A stretch of 32,000 nucleotides of DNA from Coprobacillaceae bacterium (GTDB lineage: Bacteria; Bacillota_I; Bacilli_A; Erysipelotrichales; Coprobacillaceae), in the NCBI GenBank assembly GCA_963675915.1, contig OY780959.1, forward strand, positions 2,130,001 to 2,162,000, given 5' to 3'. The position numbers and the translations under genes are program-made. The notes beneath the pieces were generated by a model that saw nothing but the letters and a program-made list of their open reading frames with translations, searched no databases and had not been told where the DNA came from. This document shows, one piece after another, positions 24,155-32,000 of the stretch. The first letter of the stretch is position 1. Each line of letters opens with the position of its first letter.

Positions 24155-25774
24155 ATGGAACTAGTATACATCTATGAAGGCAAGACGATAACTGTTAGGG
24201 CCGATCAGGATTTTCAAAATGATCAGCTCTCGCTTGAACTGATTCAGGAAAAAGACAGAATCAGGATTGTCACAACAACACAAGAACCAATAGTTTTCAA
24301 GTCAATTAGATACAATATCAAAAGGAAGTATTTGGAAGACGAATATATATTTACTAATGGATATCAATCGTGGACGGATTCTTTTGAACATACAATTAAT
24401 GATTCCATCAAGGGACTGAAAAGAATCCCCAAGATATTAATCGACCGCTACAGTCTTAGCAGCTATGGTGATTATGGATTTTACAAATACACCAATCGTC
24501 GCGGAATTTTACCAAGCTACAGTTACAGTTACATCCGTAGAATTGACAAGTTTGAAATTTTTGGTTCATTGAATGAGCGCGATGGTTATACGGTGTTCGA
24601 GCACAACACAAACAATAGTCGCATCACCGTGATAAAAGACATCGAAGGATTGATTGTCGATGGCGAAAAGACTCTTGTCGATATCTTCTGTAAAAGTGGG
24701 GCAGAGGCAGTCATCGGGGAATATTTTGAGAAAATTGATGTGGCAAAGCCTAGATTTGAAAAAATATCCGGTTTTTCGACCGGCTATAAATTCGGCCGCA
24801 ATATCAACCATCAATTGATTATCGACAGTATAGAATCTTTATCCCATCGAGATTTTGATATAGATTTGATTATGATTGGTCTGGGGTATGAAAAGCTCGT
24901 TGGTGATTGGTTTGATTTCGATTATGAAAAATTCCCTTATGGTTTGGAGACCCTGGTTCAGGAAATCCATAATCAGGGATACCAAGCCGGTATCACCATT
25001 GCTCCGTTCATTGCTGAGTCAGACAGTGATGTTTATAAAAGCAATCCCGATTGGTTTTTAAGCGATGGCAAAATTCCGGTCAGTTCCGGATTCGAGTGGT
25101 CGGGTCATCATCCTCTAAATCTTGAAATCGAAGCAGTCAGGGAACATATCCGATCAATAATCGAGTATTATCTGGAAATTGGATTCGACGTGTTCAAGTT
25201 CGACTATCTCTATGCTGCTGGGATGATATCGGGAGCAAAACCGCGAGCGACAATAATGTATGAGGCAATTGAATTTTTATGGGATTGTTTAGGTGATAAA
25301 ATGATTATCGCAAACCAGACGCCTTTATTTCCGGCAATGGGAAAAGTCGATGTCTGTCAGGTAAGCTGCAATATCGGCTATGATTACGACAGCACCAGAG
25401 TGGCAAAAAAACTTCAGCGCGAGCGGGTATCCACAAAAAATGCAATCGCTGCTACGGTTTATCGCCGTCATTTGAACAACGTTGGATTCATCAGTTACAG
25501 CGATGTTGCCGTTCTTGATGAAAATTCCCATCTCAATGAACAACAGCGACGGACTGTAATGATGGTTGAAACTATTTTCAACGGGGCCCATTTTATCAGT
25601 GAAAATGTTTCCAATCTGGCGCCAAACCGGATTGACGAATACAATCTGGTGCAATCCAGCACGTTTGATAATGTCAAGGTGATAACTCATGGAAAAAATA
25701 TCATTATCAGATATGACAATGAGCGGGGAACTAATGTTCTAAATATTGATTTGGAGACCGGGATCTCCAAATAG
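24155..25774 (+). CDS. Alpha-galactosidase-like glycoside hydrolase (GH36 / clan GH-D like), short form
   Basis: NGYQSWTDS, DLIMIGLGYEK.VGDW, APF...SDVYKSNPDWFL and FDVFKFDYLY resemble the melibiase/GH36 TIM-barrel. Start re-set to ATG 24155 behind AAGGAG, giving 539 aa. Family assignment is from memory only. Confidence 0.55.
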   Translation: MELVYIYEGKTITVRADQDFQNDQLSLELIQEKDRIRIVTTTQEPIVFKSIRYNIKRKYLEDEYIFTNGYQSWTDSFEHTINDSIKGLKRIPKILIDRYSLSSYGDYGFYKYTNRRGILPSYSYSYIRRIDKFEIFGSLNERDGYTVFEHNTNNSRITVIKDIEGLIVDGEKTLVDIFCKSGAEAVIGEYFEKIDVAKPRFEKISGFSTGYKFGRNINHQLIIDSIESLSHRDFDIDLIMIGLGYEKLVGDWFDFDYEKFPYGLETLVQEIHNQGYQAGITIAPFIAESDSDVYKSNPDWFLSDGKIPVSSGFEWSGHHPLNLEIEAVREHIRSIIEYYLEIGFDVFKFDYLYAAGMISGAKPRATIMYEAIEFLWDCLGDKMIIANQTPLFPAMGKVDVCQVSCNIGYDYDSTRVAKKLQRERVSTKNAIAATVYRRHLNNVGFISYSDVAVLDENSHLNEQQRRTVMMVETIFNGAHFISENVSNLAPNRIDEYNLVQSSTFDNVKVITHGKNIIIRYDNERGTNVLNIDLETGISK

Positions 25775-25808
25775 ACTGCTCAGGAAATAATCAGGTTAGG
25801 GAGCCAAG

Positions 25809-25837
25809 TTGTTTTTGACCCCCAAATTAGCTATAAT
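25809..25837 (+). promoter_or_regulatory. Promoter of the yybS-gdpP-rplI-dnaB-tdk cluster
   Basis: TTGTTT (25809-14), 17 nt, TATAAT (25832-37). Confidence 0.55.
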
Positions 25838-25853
25838 GTAGGGGGAGTGTCAA

Positions 25854-26414
25854 ATGGGAAACAACAGCATCCGGGTGATTACATATGGGGCCATGATTGC
25901 GGCTTTGGCGGCAGTGTTTGGTTTGGTCAATCTTGTCTCCGGAGGAATAATTGATGTCTTGTTTTCATATGTCCTGACGATGGCGGTGTTCTATTATTCA
26001 TACCGCTTTGGTAATCTCAACGGCTTGGTCACGGCGACTGCATCCTTTTTGTTGTTAATGATGATTGGCATTATCTTTTTCGCCGTCTTTACATATGCGA
26101 CCATGTTTTTGGGAATTATAATGGCATGGCTGCTCAAGGGGCGGAAAAGTTATCGGATGTGCACCGTTGTTTTGACGGGGGCCGGGGCTTTGAAAAACCT
26201 ACTGATATTCAATTTGATGGCGCAACTGCTGGGAATAGATATGCAGCAAGAAATGATTGAGTTGGTGACATCATTCAATATCAATATGGATCTTGTCAAT
26301 CTTATTTATTGGACCACCCCGGTTGTAATCGGGTTTATGGAAGCTACCATGGTGAATAATTATTCCCGATTGGTTTTAACAAAAATTAGAAGATATCATC
26401 AGAGAGGAAGATGA
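25854..26414 (+). CDS. yybS: YybS-like (DUF2232-type) membrane protein, short (186 aa)
   Basis: Polytopic membrane protein directly upstream of gdpP and overlapping it (ATGA), the conserved yybS position in Firmicutes. Assignment rests mainly on synteny. Confidence 0.5.
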   Translation: MGNNSIRVITYGAMIAALAAVFGLVNLVSGGIIDVLFSYVLTMAVFYYSYRFGNLNGLVTATASFLLLMMIGIIFFAVFTYATMFLGIIMAWLLKGRKSYRMCTVVLTGAGALKNLLIFNLMAQLLGIDMQQEMIELVTSFNINMDLVNLIYWTTPVVIGFMEATMVNNYSRLVLTKIRRYHQRGR

Positions 26415-28384
26415 TCATGGCAAATAGAATTGTTTTAGTGAGAAATGTAATAGTAGCAACGATGCTGGCCATACTGGCAATATCGGTTATTTTTCAGGTA
26501 ATGATGCAGTCCTATACATCGATGACAGTTCTGGTAGTGGTAAGTATCTACTCCCTGGCGATTTCAATTTTGGCGATAGTCATTGCCAATTTACTGCTAA
26601 AAGACAACGTCGAGATAGCAGAAATCGTTCAGGAGGAATCGTCAAATCTTTTCATCTATGGCGGATTGGGGATAATTCATTATGATGAAAGCCGCAATAT
26701 CGAGTGGAGCAGTGAAATATTCAAGACAATCGGAGCGTATATCAACGGAAAGAAAGTAGTTGAATGGCAGCCCAAACTGACATCGTTGTTCGAGAACCAG
26801 GATGAAACTACCGTAATCGATATTCGGGGGCATAAATTTGAAGTTTACAATGACCTGTCCAAAAGGGTTTTGTATCTGAAGGATATAACGGATTTTTTCA
26901 TTCTTGAAAATGATTTTTATGATCAACATGTCTGTGTAATTTATATTTCGATAGACAACTATGAGGATGTTTTCAATTCTCTTGATGAGCGGAATGCGAC
27001 AATGTTGCAATCAAGAATCAGGGAGATGATTGTCTGCTGGGCAGATGAAAACGACATCGCCTTGAAACAATACAAAGATGACACTTATTTCGGTTTTTTC
27101 AATGAAAGAATTTACAACAAAATCGTGTCGGACAAATTCAAAATAATCGATGATGTTAATGACCTGGCCAAAAACTATGATGCGATTCTTTCGCTTTCAA
27201 TCGGGATTGGACGGCAATCAACTGCGATAAGGGAACTGGACGATATGGCCATCAATGCCATCAATCTGGCCAAATCTCGAGGCGGAGCCCAAGTTGCGGT
27301 CAAGAGCAAGGATGAAGAGGTCCGCTACTTTGGCGGGAATTTCACTTTGAACGAGACCTCTTCCCGGATCAAGGCCAGAGTTATCGCCCAATCACTCAAA
27401 GGGTTGATCAAACAGGCCAGCAACATTTTTATCATGGGACATCTCAAGTCGGATTTTGACTCCTTTGGATCCTCAATTGCCATTTACAAAATGTGTAAAG
27501 CCTATACTGACAATGTCTACATTGTCATCAATCCTAATTCCCTCGAGGAAAAAGTCGCTGCGGTATATCAGGATATCAGTGAAGATATCTTGTATTCAGA
27601 TGTATTCATCACCCCGACTAGAGCGTTGGAGTTGAACCGCAATGGAACATTGTTGATAAATGTCGACAATCATAAACCATCTTTGGCGGTAAGCAAGGAA
27701 CTTTTAGGTCTGGTTAAAAACAAAGTTGTTATTGACCACCATCGCCGTTCGGAAGAATTTATCAATGCACCGATTCTTACCTATCTCGAACCGGCAGCGA
27801 GCTCGACCGTCGAACTTGTCGTCGAGTTGATGATGTATTTTAAGGATGAAATCAAAATAACCGAACGAGAAGCAACAATCATGTATACGGGATTGCTGAT
27901 CGATACATCGTACTTCAAAAACAGAGTTTCGAACCGGACTTTCGACATTGCGGCGAAGCTCAAGGAAATGCAGGCGGACATCAAAGCAGCCTACGATTCT
28001 CTTGAAGATGATTACGAAACAATCAAAACCAAGATAGCGATAAAATCAAACAGTTATTTATATAAGGACAATATTGTCATCGCCCATGCCAATCAGGACC
28101 AGATAGTCACAAGAGCTATCCTGGCTCAGGTCGGAAATGATATGATGAATATCGCCGATATCGAAGCGGTGTTTGTGGTCGGGCTTGATGCTGAGGATGA
28201 AGTTGCAATCTCAGCACGTTCAAGTTCGAATATCAATGTCCAGATTATTTGTGAGAGCATGGGAGGCGGCGGCCATTTTTCTATGGCGGCGGCCCAAGTG
28301 AACACCGATGATCTTCACCAGGTTATTGTCGACCTGGAAGAAGCAATTGACAATTATTTAAGTGAAAGGAATATTGAAAAATGA
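26411..28384 (+). CDS. gdpP: Cyclic-di-AMP phosphodiesterase GdpP
   Basis: Two N-terminal TMs, PAS-like and degenerate GGDEF region, DHH motifs ([19 protein letters not shown]) and DHHA1 GGGGH. Confidence 0.93.
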   Translation: MIMANRIVLVRNVIVATMLAILAISVIFQVMMQSYTSMTVLVVVSIYSLAISILAIVIANLLLKDNVEIAEIVQEESSNLFIYGGLGIIHYDESRNIEWSSEIFKTIGAYINGKKVVEWQPKLTSLFENQDETTVIDIRGHKFEVYNDLSKRVLYLKDITDFFILENDFYDQHVCVIYISIDNYEDVFNSLDERNATMLQSRIREMIVCWADENDIALKQYKDDTYFGFFNERIYNKIVSDKFKIIDDVNDLAKNYDAILSLSIGIGRQSTAIRELDDMAINAINLAKSRGGAQVAVKSKDEEVRYFGGNFTLNETSSRIKARVIAQSLKGLIKQASNIFIMGHLKSDFDSFGSSIAIYKMCKAYTDNVYIVINPNSLEEKVAAVYQDISEDILYSDVFITPTRALELNRNGTLLINVDNHKPSLAVSKELLGLVKNKVVIDHHRRSEEFINAPILTYLEPAASSTVELVVELMMYFKDEIKITEREATIMYTGLLIDTSYFKNRVSNRTFDIAAKLKEMQADIKAAYDSLEDDYETIKTKIAIKSNSYLYKDNIVIAHANQDQIVTRAILAQVGNDMMNIADIEAVFVVGLDAEDEVAISARSSSNINVQIICESMGGGGHFSMAAAQVNTDDLHQVIVDLEEAIDNYLSERNIEK

Positions 28385-28827
28385 AAGTAATTTTATTGAA
28401 AGATGTAAAAAAAGTAGGAAAAAAAGGTGAGGTGGTAAAGGTTGCTGATGGATACGGTCAAAACTATCTGATCAAAAATAACTTGGCGGTTCTTGAAACT
28501 CAACACGGAAAAGAGATTGTGGCCCAAAACAAGGAAATCGAACGTCAAAATGAATTGGAAAACATCGCGAATGCCGAAAAACTAAAAGAAAAAATTGAAG
28601 GCATTACTTTGGAATACAAAATGAAATCAGGTAAAGATGGGCGAACTTTCGGGTCGGTTTCAACCAAAAATATTGTTCAGGACTTAAGAGAAAAATACGA
28701 TATCAGAGTAGATAAAAGAAAAATGATCGATGCTCACCCGATTCAGGCTTTGGGTTATACCAAAATCAAAGTAGAGTTGCATAAAGGCGTTATTGCAACG
28801 ATCACTGTGCATCTGGTTCAAGAATAG
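28381..28827 (+). CDS. rplI: 50S ribosomal protein L9
   Basis: [30 protein letters not shown], the canonical L9 N-terminus. ATGA overlap with gdpP. Confidence 0.96.
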   Translation: MKVILLKDVKKVGKKGEVVKVADGYGQNYLIKNNLAVLETQHGKEIVAQNKEIERQNELENIANAEKLKEKIEGITLEYKMKSGKDGRTFGSVSTKNIVQDLREKYDIRVDKRKMIDAHPIQALGYTKIKVELHKGVIATITVHLVQE

Positions 28828-28836
28828 GAGGCGCTT

Positions 28837-30225
28837 ATGGCTCGTGAAATTCCTCATGACGTTGAAGCGGAACGTGCTCTGCTTGGAGCAATGTTAATCG
28901 ATAACGATATTGTAAACAGGGTTTTGAATCAGGTTAGTATGGATGACTTTTATGTCGACAGCAACCGTTTCATTTTCGAAGCAATCAGCGAGACTGCCAA
29001 AAAAGGGCAAGGAATCGACTATGCAACTGTGAATTCCTATCTGGCTGACCATGACCTGGTAAGCAAGACCGGAGGAATAGAGACATTGATTGCGTTGGTC
29101 GATGCAGTGCCAACAGTTGCCCATACCGATTACTACCTGAAGATTTTAATTGAAAAATCGACTTTGAGAAAAATTATTTACCAAGCCAGCCAGATAGTGG
29201 AAAGTGCTTATGAACCAGTCGAGGATCTCGATGACTTCATTATGGGGGCTGAAAAAAGACTGCTGGAAGTTACGCAGAACCGGGAAGCCGGAGATTTCAA
29301 GGAAATCCGCTCGGTTGTAAATAATATCACTGAGCGACTGAACCGACTTCAGTCCCAAACTGATGGGATATCCGGTGTCGCCACCGGATTCAAGGATCTT
29401 GATAACTTGACTTCGGGGTTTCAACCCGGCGATCTGATAATTTTGGCGGCACGTCCGGCAATGGGGAAAACCGCTTTTGCCCTGAATATCGCCCACCAGG
29501 TATCCGAAAATTCGGATTTGCCAGTCGCGATATTTTCTCTCGAGATGCCTGCGGAGCAACTTGTTCAAAGGATAATCTGCTCAATGGGCGAAATCGAAGG
29601 TTCCCATATGCGGACCGGTGAAGTATTGAAAAAAGATGCCATGAAATATTATGGCGCAGCGGAAAGGGTAAATAAATGCAACCTTTATATCGATGATTCT
29701 CCAGGGATTAGGATCAATGATATTATCAGCAAGTGTCGGAAGCTCAAGCATGAGCACCATGGCGTAAAAATGATTCTGATTGATTATCTGCAGCTTGTTG
29801 TTGGATCTTCCTCTAATCGGGAGTCAAGACAGCAAGAGGTTTCGGATATCTCGAGACAGCTTAAATCATTGGCTCGGGAAATGATGTGTCCGGTTCTTTC
29901 TTTGTCGCAGCTGTCACGTTCGGTTGAACAGCGTGAGAACAAAAGGCCGATGCTTTCGGATTTGCGTGAGTCCGGAGCAATCGAACAGGATGCGGACATC
30001 GTATCGTTTATTTATCGTGAAGATTATTACCGTAAAGTTTCCGATGATTCAGAAGAACAGGAGAACAATATCGCGGAGCTGATTCTGGCCAAACACCGTA
30101 ACGGGGCCATTGGAGATGTGAAATTCCAATTCCAAAAAGAATATTCGCGGTTCAACAACTTGGCGCAAGTTGATGAAAGGGGCAACCCGGTTGACTTTAA
30201 CGCAATGAAAGATGTGAGAGGTTAA
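28837..30225 (+). CDS. dnaB: Replicative DNA helicase
   Basis: PHDVEAERALLGAML N-terminus, Walker A ARPAMGKTAF, DYLQL, SQLSR, ESGAIEQDAD. Confidence 0.96.
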   Translation: MAREIPHDVEAERALLGAMLIDNDIVNRVLNQVSMDDFYVDSNRFIFEAISETAKKGQGIDYATVNSYLADHDLVSKTGGIETLIALVDAVPTVAHTDYYLKILIEKSTLRKIIYQASQIVESAYEPVEDLDDFIMGAEKRLLEVTQNREAGDFKEIRSVVNNITERLNRLQSQTDGISGVATGFKDLDNLTSGFQPGDLIILAARPAMGKTAFALNIAHQVSENSDLPVAIFSLEMPAEQLVQRIICSMGEIEGSHMRTGEVLKKDAMKYYGAAERVNKCNLYIDDSPGIRINDIISKCRKLKHEHHGVKMILIDYLQLVVGSSSNRESRQQEVSDISRQLKSLAREMMCPVLSLSQLSRSVEQRENKRPMLSDLRESGAIEQDADIVSFIYREDYYRKVSDDSEEQENNIAELILAKHRNGAIGDVKFQFQKEYSRFNNLAQVDERGNPVDFNAMKDVRG

Positions 30226-30230
30226 TCAAT

Positions 30231-30842
30231 ATGTATCACCAATACAAAGAAGGCTGGATTGAGGTTATTTGTGGCTGTATGTTCGCCGGAAAAACCGAAG
30301 AATTGGTTCGTAGAATCAATGTCCTCAATTATGCCAAAAAAAATATCAAGATTTTCAAACCCAAAATAGACAATCGTTATTCGGAAACCGAGATCGTCAC
30401 TCACCTTGGAATCAGGATTCCCTGCATCATTGTTGAAAACAGTGAGGAGATTCTGGAACATATCGACAGCAAGGTGGATGCGGTGGTTATCGATGAAATC
30501 CAGTTCATGGATGAAAAAATCATTGATATCTGCGAATACCTGGCCGATAAGGGGATTCGAGTGACGGTCGCTGGACTGGATCAGGATTTCAGGGGAGAAT
30601 GTTTCCCGGTAATGGGTGAACTTCTCTCTAAAGCCGAATTCATTTCTAAACTGACAGCTGTTTGTGCCGTTTGCGGTGCACCAGCCACAAAAACCCAACG
30701 TTTGGTGGATGGACGTCCGGCCCGTTTCAATGATGCGACGATTTTATTGGGTTCGGCCAACGAATATGAGCCCAGATGCCGTCATTGTCATGAAGTGGTT
30801 GAAAAGCCGAAAAAAAAGATCTTCAAAAAAGCGAAAATCTAA
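30231..30842 (+). CDS. tdk: Thymidine kinase
   Basis: P-loop GCMFAGKTEEL, DEIQF, and zinc-ribbon Cys pairs CAVCG / CRHC. 5-nt gap after dnaB. Confidence 0.94.
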   Translation: MYHQYKEGWIEVICGCMFAGKTEELVRRINVLNYAKKNIKIFKPKIDNRYSETEIVTHLGIRIPCIIVENSEEILEHIDSKVDAVVIDEIQFMDEKIIDICEYLADKGIRVTVAGLDQDFRGECFPVMGELLSKAEFISKLTAVCAVCGAPATKTQRLVDGRPARFNDATILLGSANEYEPRCRHCHEVVEKPKKKIFKKAKI

Positions 30843-30856
30843 AATATACTGAAATC

Positions 30857-30897
30857 AAGATGTGTGTATTGTGAGCGATTACACATCTTTTTTTGTT
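30857..30897 (+). terminator. Terminator of the gdpP-dnaB-tdk cluster
   Basis: AAGATGTGT (30857-65) pairs with ACACATCTT (30881-89), then T7. Confidence 0.75.
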
Positions 30898-31074
30898 TCT
30901 AAACGGCAAAATATCAAAATAAATATCTTGATAATTTAAAAAAAACGTTGTAATGTTCATAAAAAGTTAACAAATATTTTTTAAGATAACACTGTAGAAA
31001 CGATAATATAATTTTACTCCCTTAAAATTATATACTACAAGGTTAAGACATCCGCCAAGTTATCTTAACTTTAG

Positions 31075-31104
31075 AACCGTGCCCTCGACAAGCACGGTTT
31101 TTTG
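31075..31104 (+). terminator. Orphan intrinsic terminator in the tdk/LUD intergenic region
   Basis: AACCGTGC (31075-82), 9-nt loop, GCACGGTT (31092-99), T-run to 31103. Preceded by a 10-bp hairpin at 31039-31072. Confidence 0.7.
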
Positions 31105-31132
31105 TTGTTTTAATCGAAATTTCCGGTATAAT
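31105..31132 (+). promoter_or_regulatory. Candidate promoter of the LUD-domain gene
   Basis: TTGTTT (31105-10), 16 nt, TATAAT (31127-32). Confidence 0.45.
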
Positions 31133-31154
31133 TAACAAAAAAGGGGGAAAAACA

Positions 31155-31775
31155 ATGATTAATTATGAAAATCAAGCAAATACCGTAATCAAGATGTTGG
31201 AAAAACGCAACATGGCCGGTTATTTTGTTCAAACAAAAGAAGAAGCCCGGGAAAAAGTCTTTGAACTGATCGGGAAAACCGATTCGATTGGTATGGGGGG
31301 AACGGAAACCATGAAGGAAATCGGTGTTTTGGAACAGTTGCAAAAAGGAGAATACAATTTCCTTGACCGCTCCAAAGCAAACAGCCGCGAAGAGGCCGAT
31401 GATATTATGCGTCAATGTCTTTTGACGGATACGTTCCTGATGTCGACCAACGCCATCACTATGGATGGTAAACTGATTAATATCGATGGCAATGCCAACC
31501 GGGTTGCAGCTTTATGCTTCGGGCCCAAACAGGTTATCATCGTAGCCGGAATGAACAAAGTCGCAGCAGATGAGGAAACGGCCTATAAAAGGGTTAAAAC
31601 TTCAGCGTGTCCACCAAATGCCCAAAGACTTAATTTGAGCACTCCATGTGCCCTTACCGGTAAATGCGCAAACTGTCTTAACGGGACAATTTGCTGCCAG
31701 GAAGTTGTCACCAGATATTCTCGTGACAAAGGCCGCATCAAAGTGATCCTGGTTGGGGAAGCAGTAGGATATTAA
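31155..31775 (+). CDS. LUD-domain (DUF162, lactate-utilisation LutC/YkgG-like) protein with Cys-rich C-terminal region
   Basis: Rossmann-like LUD pattern (MGGTETM..., STNAITMDGKLINIDGNANRVAA, VIIVAGMNKV). Cys cluster C-x12-C-x5-C-x2-C-x5-CC. RBS AAGGGGGA. Confidence 0.7.
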   Translation: MINYENQANTVIKMLEKRNMAGYFVQTKEEAREKVFELIGKTDSIGMGGTETMKEIGVLEQLQKGEYNFLDRSKANSREEADDIMRQCLLTDTFLMSTNAITMDGKLINIDGNANRVAALCFGPKQVIIVAGMNKVAADEETAYKRVKTSACPPNAQRLNLSTPCALTGKCANCLNGTICCQEVVTRYSRDKGRIKVILVGEAVGY

Positions 31776-31798
31776 TTTCTAAAATTTGGATAACAAAA

Positions 31799-31829
31799 AG
31801 GGTTAAGCTTTCGCCTAACCCTTTTTTTA
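31799..31829 (+). terminator. Terminator of the LUD-domain gene
   Basis: AGGGTTAAGC (31799-808), loop TTTC, GCCTAACCCT (31813-22) with one mismatch, then T7. Confidence 0.8.
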
Positions 31830-32000
31830 GTCGGATGTAGAATTAATTTATATAGACTCTCGTTTTAGTTTAAGTTACTTTTTTAAATCGCCACGAATAA
31901 ACTGAATCGTTTAAATATTATTGTTTTGATTTATCATTTCATTTAATCTAGTTACTAATTTTAATTGATAGATAAGACTTCACTTTTACATCGCGCATGT

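Noticed and set aside
30222-30698. 158-aa minus-strand ORF
   Set aside because: Antisense to tdk, which has clear P-loop and zinc-ribbon motifs. No RBS or motif of its own.
28837-31154. Replication origin or DnaA-box cluster near dnaB
   Set aside because: I found no TTATCCACA/TGTGGATAA-type boxes in the flanking intergenic regions. The closest string, TGTGGAATAA at about 23067, is single and imperfect.
31110-31415. 101-aa and 63-aa minus-strand ORFs over the LUD gene start
   Set aside because: Antisense shadows that cross the LUD promoter and RBS. No support.
1-32000. Alternative genetic code (UGA read as Trp, Mollicutes-like), given the AT-rich, reduced-looking gene content
   Set aside because: TGA is used as a genuine stop at conserved protein ends (the yybS-like gene and gdpP, both in ATGA overlaps). 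Trp is encoded by TGG in the codons I examined.
1-32000. CRISPR arrays, tRNA or rRNA genes, IS elements, integrases or prophage remnants
   Set aside because: There are no regularly spaced direct repeats outside the coding heptad arrays, no cloverleaf-like GC-rich segments in intergenic regions, and no transposase or recombinase-like ORFs.

Overview
AT-rich, standard-code (TGA is used as a stop, for example at the yybS/gdpP and gdpP/rplI junctions) low-GC Gram-positive-type chromosome segment, mostly core and housekeeping. Left to right: a small hydrophobic ORF; a MacB/FtsX-type ABC pair whose 1047-aa permease carries a long heptad-repeat insert; an ArsC-family plus Zn-phospholipase-C-fold pair divergent from an AhpD/CMD-like gene; an unknown membrane protein; an sdpR-sdpI-type pair; ogt; a MarR plus heterodimeric ABC exporter operon; a PF06541-like membrane protein; a lysine riboswitch driving ACT-protein/dapA/dapB/lysA; a small alarmone synthetase; ispD; rpsF-ssb-rpsR; a four-gene block (HAD hydrolase, SulP, ZIP, GH36-like hydrolase); yybS-like/gdpP/rplI/dnaB/tdk; and a LUD-domain gene. 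I found no tRNA, rRNA, CRISPR array, transposase, integrase or obvious defence or toxin cassette. I see no convincing evidence for a new multi-gene system. The best leads are: (1) twin heptad arrays in the FtsX permease; (2) a stand-alone aspartokinase-beta-like ACT protein as first gene of the L-box-controlled lysine operon; (3) an orphan hairpin plus intrinsic terminator between tdk and the LUD gene (unclassified sRNA or leader); (4) a three-site operator around the sdpRI promoter. Several ORF-track starts look too long, and I re-set them using Shine-Dalgarno positions. All promoter, terminator and operator calls are by eye and untested.
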